Shown: positions 51,811 to 64,000 of the stretch, piece after piece
Position numbering within the stretch: the stretch's first letter is position 1
Layout of the letters: each line of letters begins with the position of its first letter
Assembly: GCA_004022145.1 (NCBI GenBank)
Contig: RCNU01000002.1
Length of the DNA stretch: 64,000 bases
Origin: Paecilomyces variotii
Lineage: Eukaryota
Reading direction: 5' to 3' (one strand)
Notes under the pieces: model-generated
Databases searched by the model: none
Seen by the model: the letters and a program-made list of their open reading frames with translations, nothing else
Told to the model about the DNA's origin: nothing
Position numbers and translations under genes: made by a program

Positions 51811-53252
51811 TTAGTTCTGAAGCTCACTCTCCTTCCATCCATCACCATCGTCGTCCTTGGCGGCAGATGCAGCTGAGATGGTTTCGCCGCTTCTGCCGTA
51901 TCTTTTGGCATCTTGTCCACCTCCACCAACGATACGGCCACCCTGGGATCTCTTCACCCGACACCACATTCCGACATTGCTATCCAGGATGAAGGTCCAG
52001 ATGACCCAGACCCAGCTGCGGTGGCAGGGCAGCGGTTCGTAGAACTCCTTCGCGATCTGGTGCAGCTTTGGCAGGCGGGTCCAAGGGACAGCCGGGAAAT
52101 CATGGTGTTCATTGTGCAGGCCAACATTGTAGGTAAGGATGTTGAGGGGGCCATAGTAAGAGTATGTCTCCGGCGGCGCGAGAGAGTCCAGGGGGTGTTC
52201 CTTCTTAGGCTCATTCTTCCCAGCAGATTTCTGTTCCTCAATCGATTCAGTCCCGCCCGTCTGGACGTTGGAGAAGAAGTAGTGTTCGGCGATAAAGTGT
52301 CCTGCGCAAGGGTGCAGGGAACCCGCCAAGAACGAGCTCAGTATGAAATAGTACAGTGGCTGCGCGGAACCGCAGAGCTTGATGATGCTGTAGTCGAAGA
52401 TAAACTGGGTAATGAGATTCAGGACATGGATCGAGGTGAACGGCGGGCTGTAGATGAACATAGGGCGGACCGCATAGAAGAGGATCTGGAACGTGCAGAA
52501 GAAGGCTTTGCCGAGCAGGGAGTCGAGGAACCAAGCTTCAAAAGCTGTAGGAAGATCGGTGTCAAGTCCTGCAACTCCCAGGGACTTGTGATGTGTCAGA
52601 TGGTAGGGCTAAAGAAGCATAAGTCAGCTGTCAAGTACCGATTGACAATGGATCTAGCAGAATGGTTCACTATCCCAATTGACCGATTCATGGAGACTTA
52701 CCCTAAATGCAGCGCTGTATGGCAGCCCGATGGGCAGATTGGCAAAGATAGCCAGTAGTCTGTTTGCCATAGGCGAACGGAACGCCAGATTGTGTGATAT
52801 CTCATGGATGGAGAGGAAGAGGTTTTGGTTGGCCGTGGCGCCAATCACGTATGCCGTTGCGAGGAATTTCCAGTCCAGCATGGATGTATCCTTGAGAAGG
52901 CAAGCGCAGAGGACTTGCAGGGAGACGACACCAAGGACGACATACTTCGTGAGCGGTTCGTGACCACAGAGCTTGGTGACCTGCGTAGAACGAAAGCTTT
53001 GTTTAGCTATCTATCCATATATCACCATTCACAAGAGGATTTGCAGAAGTACTATACCTCTGGATGCGCCTTGATAATTGCTTGACGCCGTGATCGATGC
53101 GGCTCCTCTGTATATGTCCAGAAAAAGTGATCGACGGACGAGTCTTCTGGTGGTGGTGCCCTGGCAGATGTTCCTGCGTCTGTTGGTGCCTGGTCCTTCC
53201 CGGCGGACACGCGGAGGTGAGGCGCGGACTCCGTAGTAACGAGCGACGGCAT
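51811..53252 (-). CDS. des1: Sphingolipid (dihydroceramide) delta-4 desaturase, 3 exons
   Basis: FFWTYTEEPHRSRRQAIIKAHPEV and the His boxes HEISHN, YHLTHH and HNEHHDFP. Confidence 0.95.
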
Positions 53253-53690
53253 GTTGTAAGGGTTGTGAAATGGTCCCGTATCCCTATCCCATACACAAGA
53301 GCGACTAGCAGGTTTTCAAAGTATTTGACAGCAACTGTGAAATGAGAATTGACGACCAGCCATTGCTTGAGAAGTTTCGGGGATGGCGGTGTCGGCTTCG
53401 GAGATCTTTCTTTCCACGTGGGGCTACGGACTGTAGAGATGGGTCGCTGTGCCGCCTACGCCAGGGACAATCCACAGATCTACATCTTATTGCTACAGAA
53501 GAGATAAAAAGGTCATGCCAAAAAAATAATAATAAATCTGTCGTTGGATTCATATAATCTCTTTTCCTATTTATTCCTGTCTGTTTCCTTTTTGTGGAGG
53601 TGAATTTCCACCCAACAGCGTCGTAGTCTACCGAATCCACACAGTGGATAGTTGGTTAACTACTTAACTATTTAGTTAAGATGTGACGCT

Positions 53691-55390
<1,700 letters not shown>

Positions 55391-55881
55391 CGTGCAGTGT
55401 GCGAAATGTGCGCTGCTGATCCTGAAGCTGCTAGCGGAAGCAAATCCGGTGCGGGACGAAAAGAATAATCAAAACGAGGGGAGTTGGAAATGGACCGGTA
55501 GCAGCCGCTTCGTCCCGCCAAGCCTTGGTGGCACCTCTGCAACAACAAACATCTTGCTGGAAGATCTAGGGGCAAATCGCATCTTTAGATACTCTGTACG
55601 GAGTAGACAATACTGAAGAAAGAATAGATACGTGCATTCCGTTTTGTACCCTCGAAACGATAGAGCAAACTCGCAAAAAACCGCTCCCCAGCACTTCGGC
55701 ATATCACATAAGCATCAGCGACAAATAATACAACGCCTATACCATCCTCGCATCCCCAACCTACAATCATTCACGTTATATAATCAATTCCCCTTCTCTC
55801 CAACTCATAAAGCAGCATGAATCTTCCCCTCACGAACAAACTCCGCTCCGAACCTCGCCCGAATGCAGGCACCATCGGACG

Positions 55882-55920
55882 ATCAGATAAGATTCGTAAC
55901 GTACGATACAGATCAGATAA
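55882..55920 (+). promoter_or_regulatory. Tandem ATCAGATAA GATA sites matching the SreA consensus ATCWGAYAA
   Basis: ATCAGATAA at 55882-55890 and 55912-55920 in the map2/DnaJ divergent promoter. Confidence 0.45.
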
Positions 55921-56169
55921 CGGCGTAATATTACAGGCCCGCGTAATCTCCGAAGCGCCCAGTTCCCCGTTATGACGCCAGTGGGAGGATCGCCGATAGC
56001 GCGGCTTTTCTCCTCTCTTTGTCTCTCTCTCTCTATATGAACTGTCGTGTGCTGGGACTATAACAGCTTCCTTTTAAACCTAACTCATATATCCAGACCT
56101 CTTCTCTCTTTCAACAGTGGCCAAAGTGTGTTGTTTTATTTTTAATTCCTAGATGTGAATTAACAAGGC

Positions 56170-57230
56170 ATGTCGCCTCGCCTGAGGACCATCTCCTCTC
56201 TTCTCTCCTCGTCACCATCACCATCACCATCGTCACCATCGCCTTTCGTCAATCGTCATTCTTCCAGAAGAAGCAGAGAATATGTCTGCGCAGCAGCATT
56301 CTTCTCGACTACGGCACCAGCATACGCTGAGCCCAATTACTACGAGATTCTCAATGTCCCCGTGACCGCATCCACGGCGGAGATCAAAAAGTGCGTTTAA
56401 ATTTTACCCTTGAAGAACAAGCTATTCAATTCTCCTCTCTCTCCACACATATTCATATTCAATATTCAGATCCTATCTTTGATATCAAGACAGCAGCCAT
56501 TAGATATATAATATACTGACTTTCGTCCCCGCACAGACAATTCTACGCCCTTTCCCTCACACACCATCCCGATCGCAATCGCGACGATCCCAACGCAACC
56601 GCCCGCTTCGCCAACATCTCCTCCGCCTACAACGTTCTCGGAAACAGCAGTAAACGCGCCCGCTATGATCGCGACCACGGCATCATAGCGCACAATACCT
56701 CCTCGACGCATAGCACCGCCACTCCCGGCCAACACCCCATGGGCTCGCACAGTAGTCATGGATCGAGTCTGCATAAGTCATACGTCGGATCGCGACCTGC
56801 CAGCGGGCTGAGCAAGCGACGAGGTCCGTTCAGGGGTCCCCCGCCGAGTTTCTACGCTCATGGAGGGTATGGCAGAACGGGGAGGACGGGGGCTGGAGCT
56901 GGCGCGTCGTCGTCGTCGTCTTCTGCAGCGAGAGGTGGCGCGGGCGCTACTTCCAGCGAAGAAGATCCGACGTCGTTTATTAATCAGAATCCGGTGCATC
57001 ATTTCAATGCTAGGAGCCATTTCCGTACACAGTCGGCAGAGGACGAACGGCGGCAGCGCCGACGGATGCGGGATTTGGGATTGGATGTGAATCAGAATAT
57101 AGGTGGGAGTCTCTTGTTAAGGTTTCTTGCTGTCTGTGGCATCCTTGCGGGAGCAGGAATGACGGCCGGGATGTTCGGTATCGGAGGCGGTTCTGGTTCG
57201 AAGAAGGTAGCCAGAAAGAAAGAGGATTAA
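56170..57230 (+). CDS. DnaJ-domain protein, probably mitochondrial, with C-terminal TM segment, 2 exons
   Basis: Ser/Arg-rich presequence. J domain NYYEILNV...EIKK/QFYALSLTHHPDRN...RFANISSAYNVLG...RARYD across intron 56391-56536. Hydrophobic segment FLAVCGILAGAGM. Confidence 0.9.
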
Positions 57231-57798
57231 TTCTTTTTTTTTTTTTTTATGTTGGCTTCCTTGTCGTGTGGACGGATGTCTTGCGGCCCTTGGCGAATTG
57301 CAATAAGGGTGCATACTTTTGATCTTATTCACTGTACATATATATGGATATATACTTCTTTCCTTTTTTCTTTTTGGAGCGGAGCTGTGAATTAATCTAC
57401 TGCTCGAATCGGCGGACGAGTATTCGCCATATTACAGGGATGATTTGGATCATACGTTGAAACATGGCATCAATGTAACCAATATTAAAGAATGGAGTTC
57501 TACGAGATGGAAGAATCTATCCCACAAGTCGTAAAAACTAAATAGCTCTAGCATTGATATACAATAAAATAGCCGTGAAGTATGATAGGTACACGGTTGA
57601 CCTCCAAACCAACCCTGCCGAGCTCCGCATCCCATCATGACCCGTTCGGCTGCCCTCCGGCTGCAGGACATGAACAGTGTGGTGCTCCAAAAGATGCGCC
57701 ATAACCTTAATCCTGCCTCACATGCTGTCTGGCGACAAGGATCTTCAAGATAGCACTGAGCTAGGCCGGCAGATCGATGGGAGACCGGAATTATACAT

Positions 57799-59119
57799 TT
57801 AGCCCTCGAAGGTGAAGCTGGCGCCAACCTTGTGGGCAGCCTGGTTCAGGTTCTGGGTGTCGAAAGAGGCACCGAGACCAAGGGTGACACCAGGGCGGAG
57901 GAGGACGTTGTAGGCAAGAGCAGCGATACCACGGTCGTTGATCTTGACCTGTAATTAGAGCAAGAATGGTCAGTCGCTGGAGAAAACTATTGGCGATAAT
58001 ATCAAAGCTCAACTGACCTTAGCGAAAGAAGAGGGGTCCAGCTTGTACTTGCTGGCAACCTCAAGGCCGACGGTGTTACCGGCCTTGGAGTCCCAGGTGG
58101 CCTTGGCGCCAGCCTCGACCTGAGCGTTAACGCGGTGGTAGTAGCTGGCAGAGAAGAGGGTCAGGTTGTTGCCAGCGGTGATGGCAGCAGAGTACTGGGG
58201 AAGGCTGTAGCCAACGGCAGCGGAGTACTTGGTGATGGCAGCCTTCTGGACATCGTAGCCACCCTCAGCACCGACGAGGAAGCCCTCGTGGCCGAGGACG
58301 GCGTCGAAGTTGGCGGTGGGGCCCTTCAGCAGGTCGAAGAAGGCACGGGCGTGCAGGTTGGGCTGCTTGAAGTAGAGGTTGAGCTTGGCACCCTTGGACT
58401 GGGAGCTGGGCAGGTACTGAGTGATAACCTCAGCCTTGAGGCCCTTGGCAATGTTGTTGTCCAGCTCAAGCTTGGTGTCGAGGGCGTTGGCGGTGGTCCA
58501 CGCCTGGGTGAGGGTAAGGCCTGGGTACGGACGAACCATTAGCATTACACCATGCTCGACCATGCGGGATGAGACTTGGAAGGTCAGGGAGCCAGAGGAA
58601 AAGCGACCACACGATACAGATATCGTGGGTCGCAAGACCCGTGCGTGGCTGCTCCTGGGATCGGGTGGTTTTCTTCGTTTTTTGGGATGTTTACCAGTTG
58701 GCGCATCAACGTATTTGGCCTCGAGCTGTACGTAGCGGATAGAAAAAAATCACAAATCAGCCTCTATCAACGAGGACAGGCGCAATGATAGCGCGATTGA
58801 GCTGGATAACTTACGGAACCGCCAATGGGGCCGTCGTGAGCCGACTTGCCCTTCACGGTGAAGGTGACGCCATTGGGGGCCTTGGACTTGACCTCAAGGT
58901 TGGCTGTAGCGGTAAATCAGCTTGGAGCGGTCATTGTCTTGGGCTCTGCGATCTTACCGGCGCTGGTGTGGTAGAAGTCCTTGTTGAGGAGCTGTGGGAG
59001 GCGCGCAATCAGTCTTTGCAATGCTCTTCGGCAACGAGTAACAAACAATCGGAAATTTCAGGAAGGCATACATCGTTGCTCGCCTTGGCGATGTCAGAGA
59101 AAGCAGCGGGGGCAGCCAT
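57799..59119 (-). CDS. por1: Mitochondrial outer membrane porin (VDAC), 6 exons
   Basis: MAAPAAFSDIAKASND/LLNKDFYH, GLTLTQAWTTANALDTKLEL, SYYHRVNAQVEAGAKATWD. Ends HKVGASFTFEG-stop. Strong codon bias. Confidence 0.97.
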
Positions 59120-59299
59120 TGTGAATACAAAGGGACGCGACGACGACGTCTGGATGATCCTAAAGAGAGGGAGAAGGGAAGCTGTTGGAGGTCTTGGATG
59201 TTGACAGCAAGGTGAGGACGGAAGAAGGCAGAGAAGTTGGGGGAACCGGATGAGATGTCGCCAAACAGGGAGCCCACGGGAAAGCAGATGCGCGGCCTG

Positions 59300-59304
59300 A
59301 TTGG
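59300..59304 (-). promoter_or_regulatory. CCAAT box upstream of porin
   Basis: CCAATCAG on the minus strand about 180 bp upstream of the ATG. Typical HAP/CBC site for respiratory genes, but the motif is short. Confidence 0.35.
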
Positions 59305-59682
59305 GCCGTTGCAGCACCCGGTCATTGCCGCCCACCGCCAGTCCCGTGACCCCTCGGCGGACACAAGGAGCAACTGGAAGTAACTAACTTAAAGACTTGA
59401 ATAATATTACTACGTACTATTATTGTCTTGCACGAGATGCAACGAGTCATAGTTATCGAACTATTGCCTTACAAATGAGATCTAAAACAGGCAACTTGCC
59501 CCGCACGGGGCCAAGTGACAGGAGTATAGTACTATATGCGTGAAACAACCCGAATTCTACTGCTTTCCAGCGCCAGGACTATACATGATCAACCAAACGA
59601 CGCGCGCTTTTTCTCCTTTTTAATGACAGTATGGATGGATGTTTTGCTTGCTTTCCCCTCAATCAAGATCTGTACATGGCAT

Positions 59683-61967
59683 CTATTGCGTGTTCTCATA
59701 CTTGGCGTTGTGGATCGCGATGGCCCTGAGAAAGAAGTCAGCAAAAATAATCCATGGTGGCTTCACAAGTGCAGAGGGTTAGCAAGTCATACCGTCCACT
59801 GGGGTCGGTCTGCTTGGACCAGGTAGGCGTCCATCGCTCGACTGTCGAGGCGCAGGTCGGCGGGAAGTGCTCGTCGAACATCATGCGGTACCAGTAACTA
59901 GTTCCGTTAGCAGTGAGCTCCCACCACACGGTGAAGGAGGGAAAAAAAAAAAAAAAAAAAAAACATACGCTTCCTTGGTGTCAGGGATATCGGTGCCCCA
60001 TTCCGGCTTGGGGTTGTTCATCATCTCATCCGTAACGTGAAGCTCAGCGTTGTCCTTCAGGGCATCGATCCAGCCGTAGCCCACACCGTCACTGAACTGT
60101 TCCTTCTGGCGCCACAGGATCTTCTCGGGAAGGTACGGCTTCACATCAGGCTCGTCAGTGGTGTCGAACGCCTTGCGCAGAATATACTTCTCGATCCGGT
60201 CCTTGGTGATCATCTTCTCCTGGGGATCCACGCCCATGCAGACCTCAAGGAACTGCTTGTCCAGGAAAGGAACACGGGCCTCAAGACCCCACGCGGACGT
60301 CGACTTGTTGGCTCTCAGGCAATCAGCCAGATGCAGGTTCTTCACCCTGCGCACCGTCTCCGCATGGAATTCCTCCCGGTTCGGAGCAGCGTGGAAGTAG
60401 AGATAGCCTCCGAAGATCTCGTCACTTCCCTCTCCACTCAGCACCATCTTAACACCCATGGCCTTGATCTTTCTGCTGAGAAGATACATAGGGGTGGAAG
60501 CGCGAATTGTGGTCACATCGTAGGTCTCCAGGTGGTAGATGACGTCGGAGAGAGCGCTCAGTCCGTCCTCAATGGTGAATGTAAAAGCGTGGTGCTTGGT
60601 TCCAAGGAACTTGGCGACCTCAAGAGCGGCCTGGGTGTCGGGGGCACCGGGAAGACCGATGGAGAAAGAGTGCAGCTGGGCCAAAGTGGTCACGGTTGAC
60701 AGGTCGTTCTCGTCATCAATACCGACCAGACCAGAGTTATCATCGGCCTCAGTGGTTTTCGCATTCATTTGCGCCTCCCGCTGACGGAGAGTCTCTCGCT
60801 GTGCGATTGAGGCCACCAAGCTGGAGTCGAGACCACCGGAAAGAAGGACACCGTACGGGACTTCAGCCATCAGGCGCTTCCGGACAGACTTTTCCAGGGT
60901 CTCTCGGATCAGCTTGTAGTCGACGGGCTGCGACGGGACGTTGGTCGGATCCCACCACTTGGGCTCGAAGTATCGGGTCGTCTGGCCCGTCTTGGAGTCA
61001 TAAACATGGCCAGGGGGGAAGGCAACGATCTTGTCACACACGGGGTGCAGACACTTCAGTTCAGAGGCGAAGTAAACAGTGCCGGGGCTCTTGGAGTCCC
61101 ATCCTTGGTAGAAACTGATAACGCCAATGGGGTCACGAGCCGCGATAACCCTGTTCTCCTTCTTGTCGAAAAGGACAAAGGAGAACATACCGTCGAGGAA
61201 TTTGGGGGCGTCAATGCCATGCTCCGTAAACTAGGACCAGCCAGTGAGTCGACCGTCCATATACACACAAAGGATGGACAGATTCGAACGTACCAACGGA
61301 ATGATCACCTCACAATCCGAATGTGTCTTGAAATTGTATGGCGTCTTCAGCTGTTTCCGGAGAATGCGGTGGTTGTAGATTTCACCGTTGACCGCCAGGG
61401 CCAGGGTCTCGTCATCGTTGAGCAGAGGCTGGGCGCCAGTGTCTATAATCATATGATTTCTTAGCAAGCCATTGCTAACAGACTTCCAACGTCTCAAGCG
61501 ATTCCTGTACGTACCGACACCGACGATACTCAGACGCTCGTGGACGAGAACTATGAGCCGGTCAGCAGGGAATTGACGGCTAGGATACCTCCATTACTGA
61601 CTCGTTTGGTTCGCAGAGAAGTTACCGCCTGTTTGCGAAGATTGCTGTCAGTTATCCTGTGCCAGGAGACCTCTAATCGCTATATGATGCCAGGTTGACT
61701 CACTCCAGTCGGGACCACGGTGACGCATGCTATGCACGCCATTTCAGTATACAACATTCCCCAAATTGGCAATCATCACGGAGCGACTCACGTCTTGGCC
61801 ATACGCAACGCCGTAGGCTTGAACTTTTGCACATCGCAATGGCTATAATTTCAGTCAGCAGCTTGTCCATCCCGCGGGGGGAGGTGCCACTCTGTCCGGC
61901 GCACCGGCCGACAAAGCCCTAAAAGAGAGAGAGTGACATACTTATGGCACGCGAAGATTCCACACAT
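59683..61967 (-). CDS. asn1: Glutamine-hydrolysing asparagine synthetase, ~9 exons
   Basis: N-terminal MCGIFAC (Ntn Cys), [53 protein letters not shown] and [12 protein letters not shown]. Ends [12 protein letters not shown]. Confidence 0.97.
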
Positions 61968-62186
61968 TTTGAGCGACTCCCCTTGGGCGGAAACAGGGAC
62001 CAAAGCCTAGAAAGGAAGGAATTGGAGTCTAGAAATGCGACAAGGCGTATCGCAAGGAGAACGAGAGAATGTGTGGAAAGGACAAGAAAGTTGAACGTCT
62101 TTTGGCTGGGTTTGGTCCGAAGACGGGGAAATTTTAAGAGCGTTCCAAGCCGGCGGAGGGGCAAAAACGAGGGGCGAAGTCGGCCT

Positions 62187-62424
62187 TGACTCACCCGATA
62201 AGATGGATTTTTACAGTGCATGTCATTCGCTCCATATCATTTATATCATGCTTATTCTTAGTTACATACAAGCTACCTAAGCTAGCTACTACTAGCTACA
62301 GCATTATTACTGACAGTAAAGAACCTTACCTCTACTCCCAGAAATCATATAATATCAGAGTATAAGTTAATAATAATCCCTACAGCTTATCTCCCCGGCC
62401 AGTACTTACCTATGTATGACTCAC
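62187..62424. promoter_or_regulatory. Two CpcA/Gcn4 recognition elements (TGACTCA)
   Basis: TGACTCA at 62187-62193 and ATGACTCAC at 62416-62424, about 220 and 450 bp upstream of the asparagine synthetase ATG. Confidence 0.75.
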
Positions 62425-63410
62425 GCGAGCGAATCGAATCGGTCTCCACGTTTTTTCCCCTTCCCACAGCTCTGTGGCGAAAAAAACCATTACTGTAGCA
62501 CATTTGACTAAGTAAAATCCCACTACGTACCTATTCCAACTTGAGACTATGGAGTACCATACAGTAATTAGGAACCATTGTTTTGTTTATCATTATTAGT
62601 CAAGGGAAAAAAAGCAAAAAGTTCCCGCCCCTGCGCCATCCCATCCCTGGGAGCTCTCGTCTCTCCACGACGCCCGTGCTTAAGCTCTTCCAACGAATGA
62701 GAGATGGTTCTGGAATTTGTAATTTGTAGCTGGCTACGTAGTTGCATCATCGTACTTGTATGGTACTTGTACTTTTTGTATGTATTATTATTTTAGGGGG
62801 GGGAGAAAGAGGAAGTATGTTGCTGACCGGAATGAACAAGTATAAAAATGTATTTTTGAACATTATTCCCTAATAAATGACATTATGGAGAAAGAGTATG
62901 ATGAAACGAAAAAGACAGAGGAGACGCATTATCCCGAGTAATTTGGCAGGTTACCACTGCTTTTTCTTTTTCTTTTTTGATTGAGAAGCGCATCTGGTGT
63001 TGAGAATTCTATACACCTAACAAACACTCCTGATGGATTAAGCAGGGCTGCAAATACATCTGAAGAAATCGAATTAGACACCAACGCCGCTCTCTGATTC
63101 CAGCCCCATCTCATAAAAGCAAATATCGTAGACGCCATGCTCGCTGTAAACACAGAAATCGCCGAAGAGAAACGCAACACGATGCAAGACAGACAGAGAC
63201 AGAAGGTGACTGACTGACTGGCTGGCTGATCTCATCCGCCCTTGTCGTGTCGACCGGTATCTGTCCCAAGGAGTCATTGGCAATAGATTTCAGTCACTCT
63301 TCGTCTTCCGTTGCCCATTTCATTCCACACCCAATTGCACACGGATTCGACATACACTAAGAAGTGTCTTTCTGGGCCTGTCGAATAACAGATCCATCTC
63401 TACCGTAGTC

Positions 63411-64000
63411 CTACAACGCCGGGTTCTCCTTCACAACCTGTCGCACCTTCTTCTCATACGCGGGACGATCCTTCTTGAAGAGGTTGTATGCTTCAGCCTG
63501 CGCAGGCGATTCCGGGTTGGGATCGTCTAATAGATCCTGAATACCCAGAAGGATCTGCTTGATCGTGATGGCTGGCTTCCATGCCTCCTCCTCGTTCAGG
63601 ATTGAGAGACAGACGGTACCGGAAGGGTAAACGTTGGGATGGAAGAGCGGAGGAACGAATTTGCCTATACGGAAAAACACGTAGGTTAGCTTCTATTTCT
63701 TCTGGCGACCATCTCTTCGACACAAGGAAATGTGCGCGCAGGAAGTGCGCGGATCTGCATCCTGCGCGAGTTCGAGCCGGGGGCTATATATAGGGTACAT
63801 ACACTTTGGAGGCTTCGTAGGATACTCTGCCAATTTCCCTCATGTTAGTCCACTGTCTGACCGAAGCGCAAGCTATAAGAGAAAGAGAAAACCACACTCA
63901 CCGTCCGGAAAAGTCACATCTAGCTTGAACAGTCCTCCTTCCCAGAGAGTCTTCTGCTTTCCCGGGATACCACACTCCCACTTCTTCAGATCCAATACAC
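63411..64000 (-). CDS. ubc9: SUMO-conjugating enzyme Ubc9, 5' end outside the window
   Basis: [14 protein letters not shown]...WEGGLFKL...[30 protein letters not shown]...[18 protein letters not shown]. Confidence 0.95.

Noticed and set aside
51913..52758. 281-aa plus-strand ORF, and similar ones at 54577-55083, 58135-58542 and 60037-60699
   Set aside because: Antisense shadows of strongly codon-biased genes (des1, map2, por1, asn1).
61696..61703. TGACTCAC inside the asparagine synthetase gene
   Set aside because: It is the reverse complement of an intron donor (GTGAGTCA), so it needs no explanation as a CpcA site.

Overview
Eukaryotic DNA from a filamentous ascomycete (Eurotiales-type: Aspergillus/Paecilomyces-like proteins; short GT-AG introns with CTRAC/CTAAT branch points). 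About 21 intron-containing genes can be assembled by hand, in order: yvh1 phosphatase; Vfa1/DUF1742; HotDog acyl-CoA thioesterase; lactate 2-monooxygenase-like flavoenzyme; CtsD-like aspartic protease; SAP-domain protein; cytochrome b2-like protein ending in SKL; TatD; GMC alcohol oxidase-like protein; hypothetical protein; Avt2-like transporter; large low-complexity protein; rad52; UBX protein; scs2/VAP; sphingolipid delta-4 desaturase; MetAP2; DnaJ protein; VDAC porin; asparagine synthetase; 3' part of ubc9. This is mostly a housekeeping block. I found no tRNA, rRNA, CRISPR array or intact transposon, and no clear-cut novel multi-gene system. The best leads are a stop-free, frame-preserving porin intron with a second in-frame acceptor, a RIP-mutated tandem duplication in a gene-poor AT-rich island, a PTS1-tagged flavocytochrome b2 close to an LMO-clade enzyme, paired SreA-type and CpcA/Gcn4 sites, and a recurrent intergenic TACGGAGTA motif. 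Exon boundaries were read by eye, and no database searches were run.
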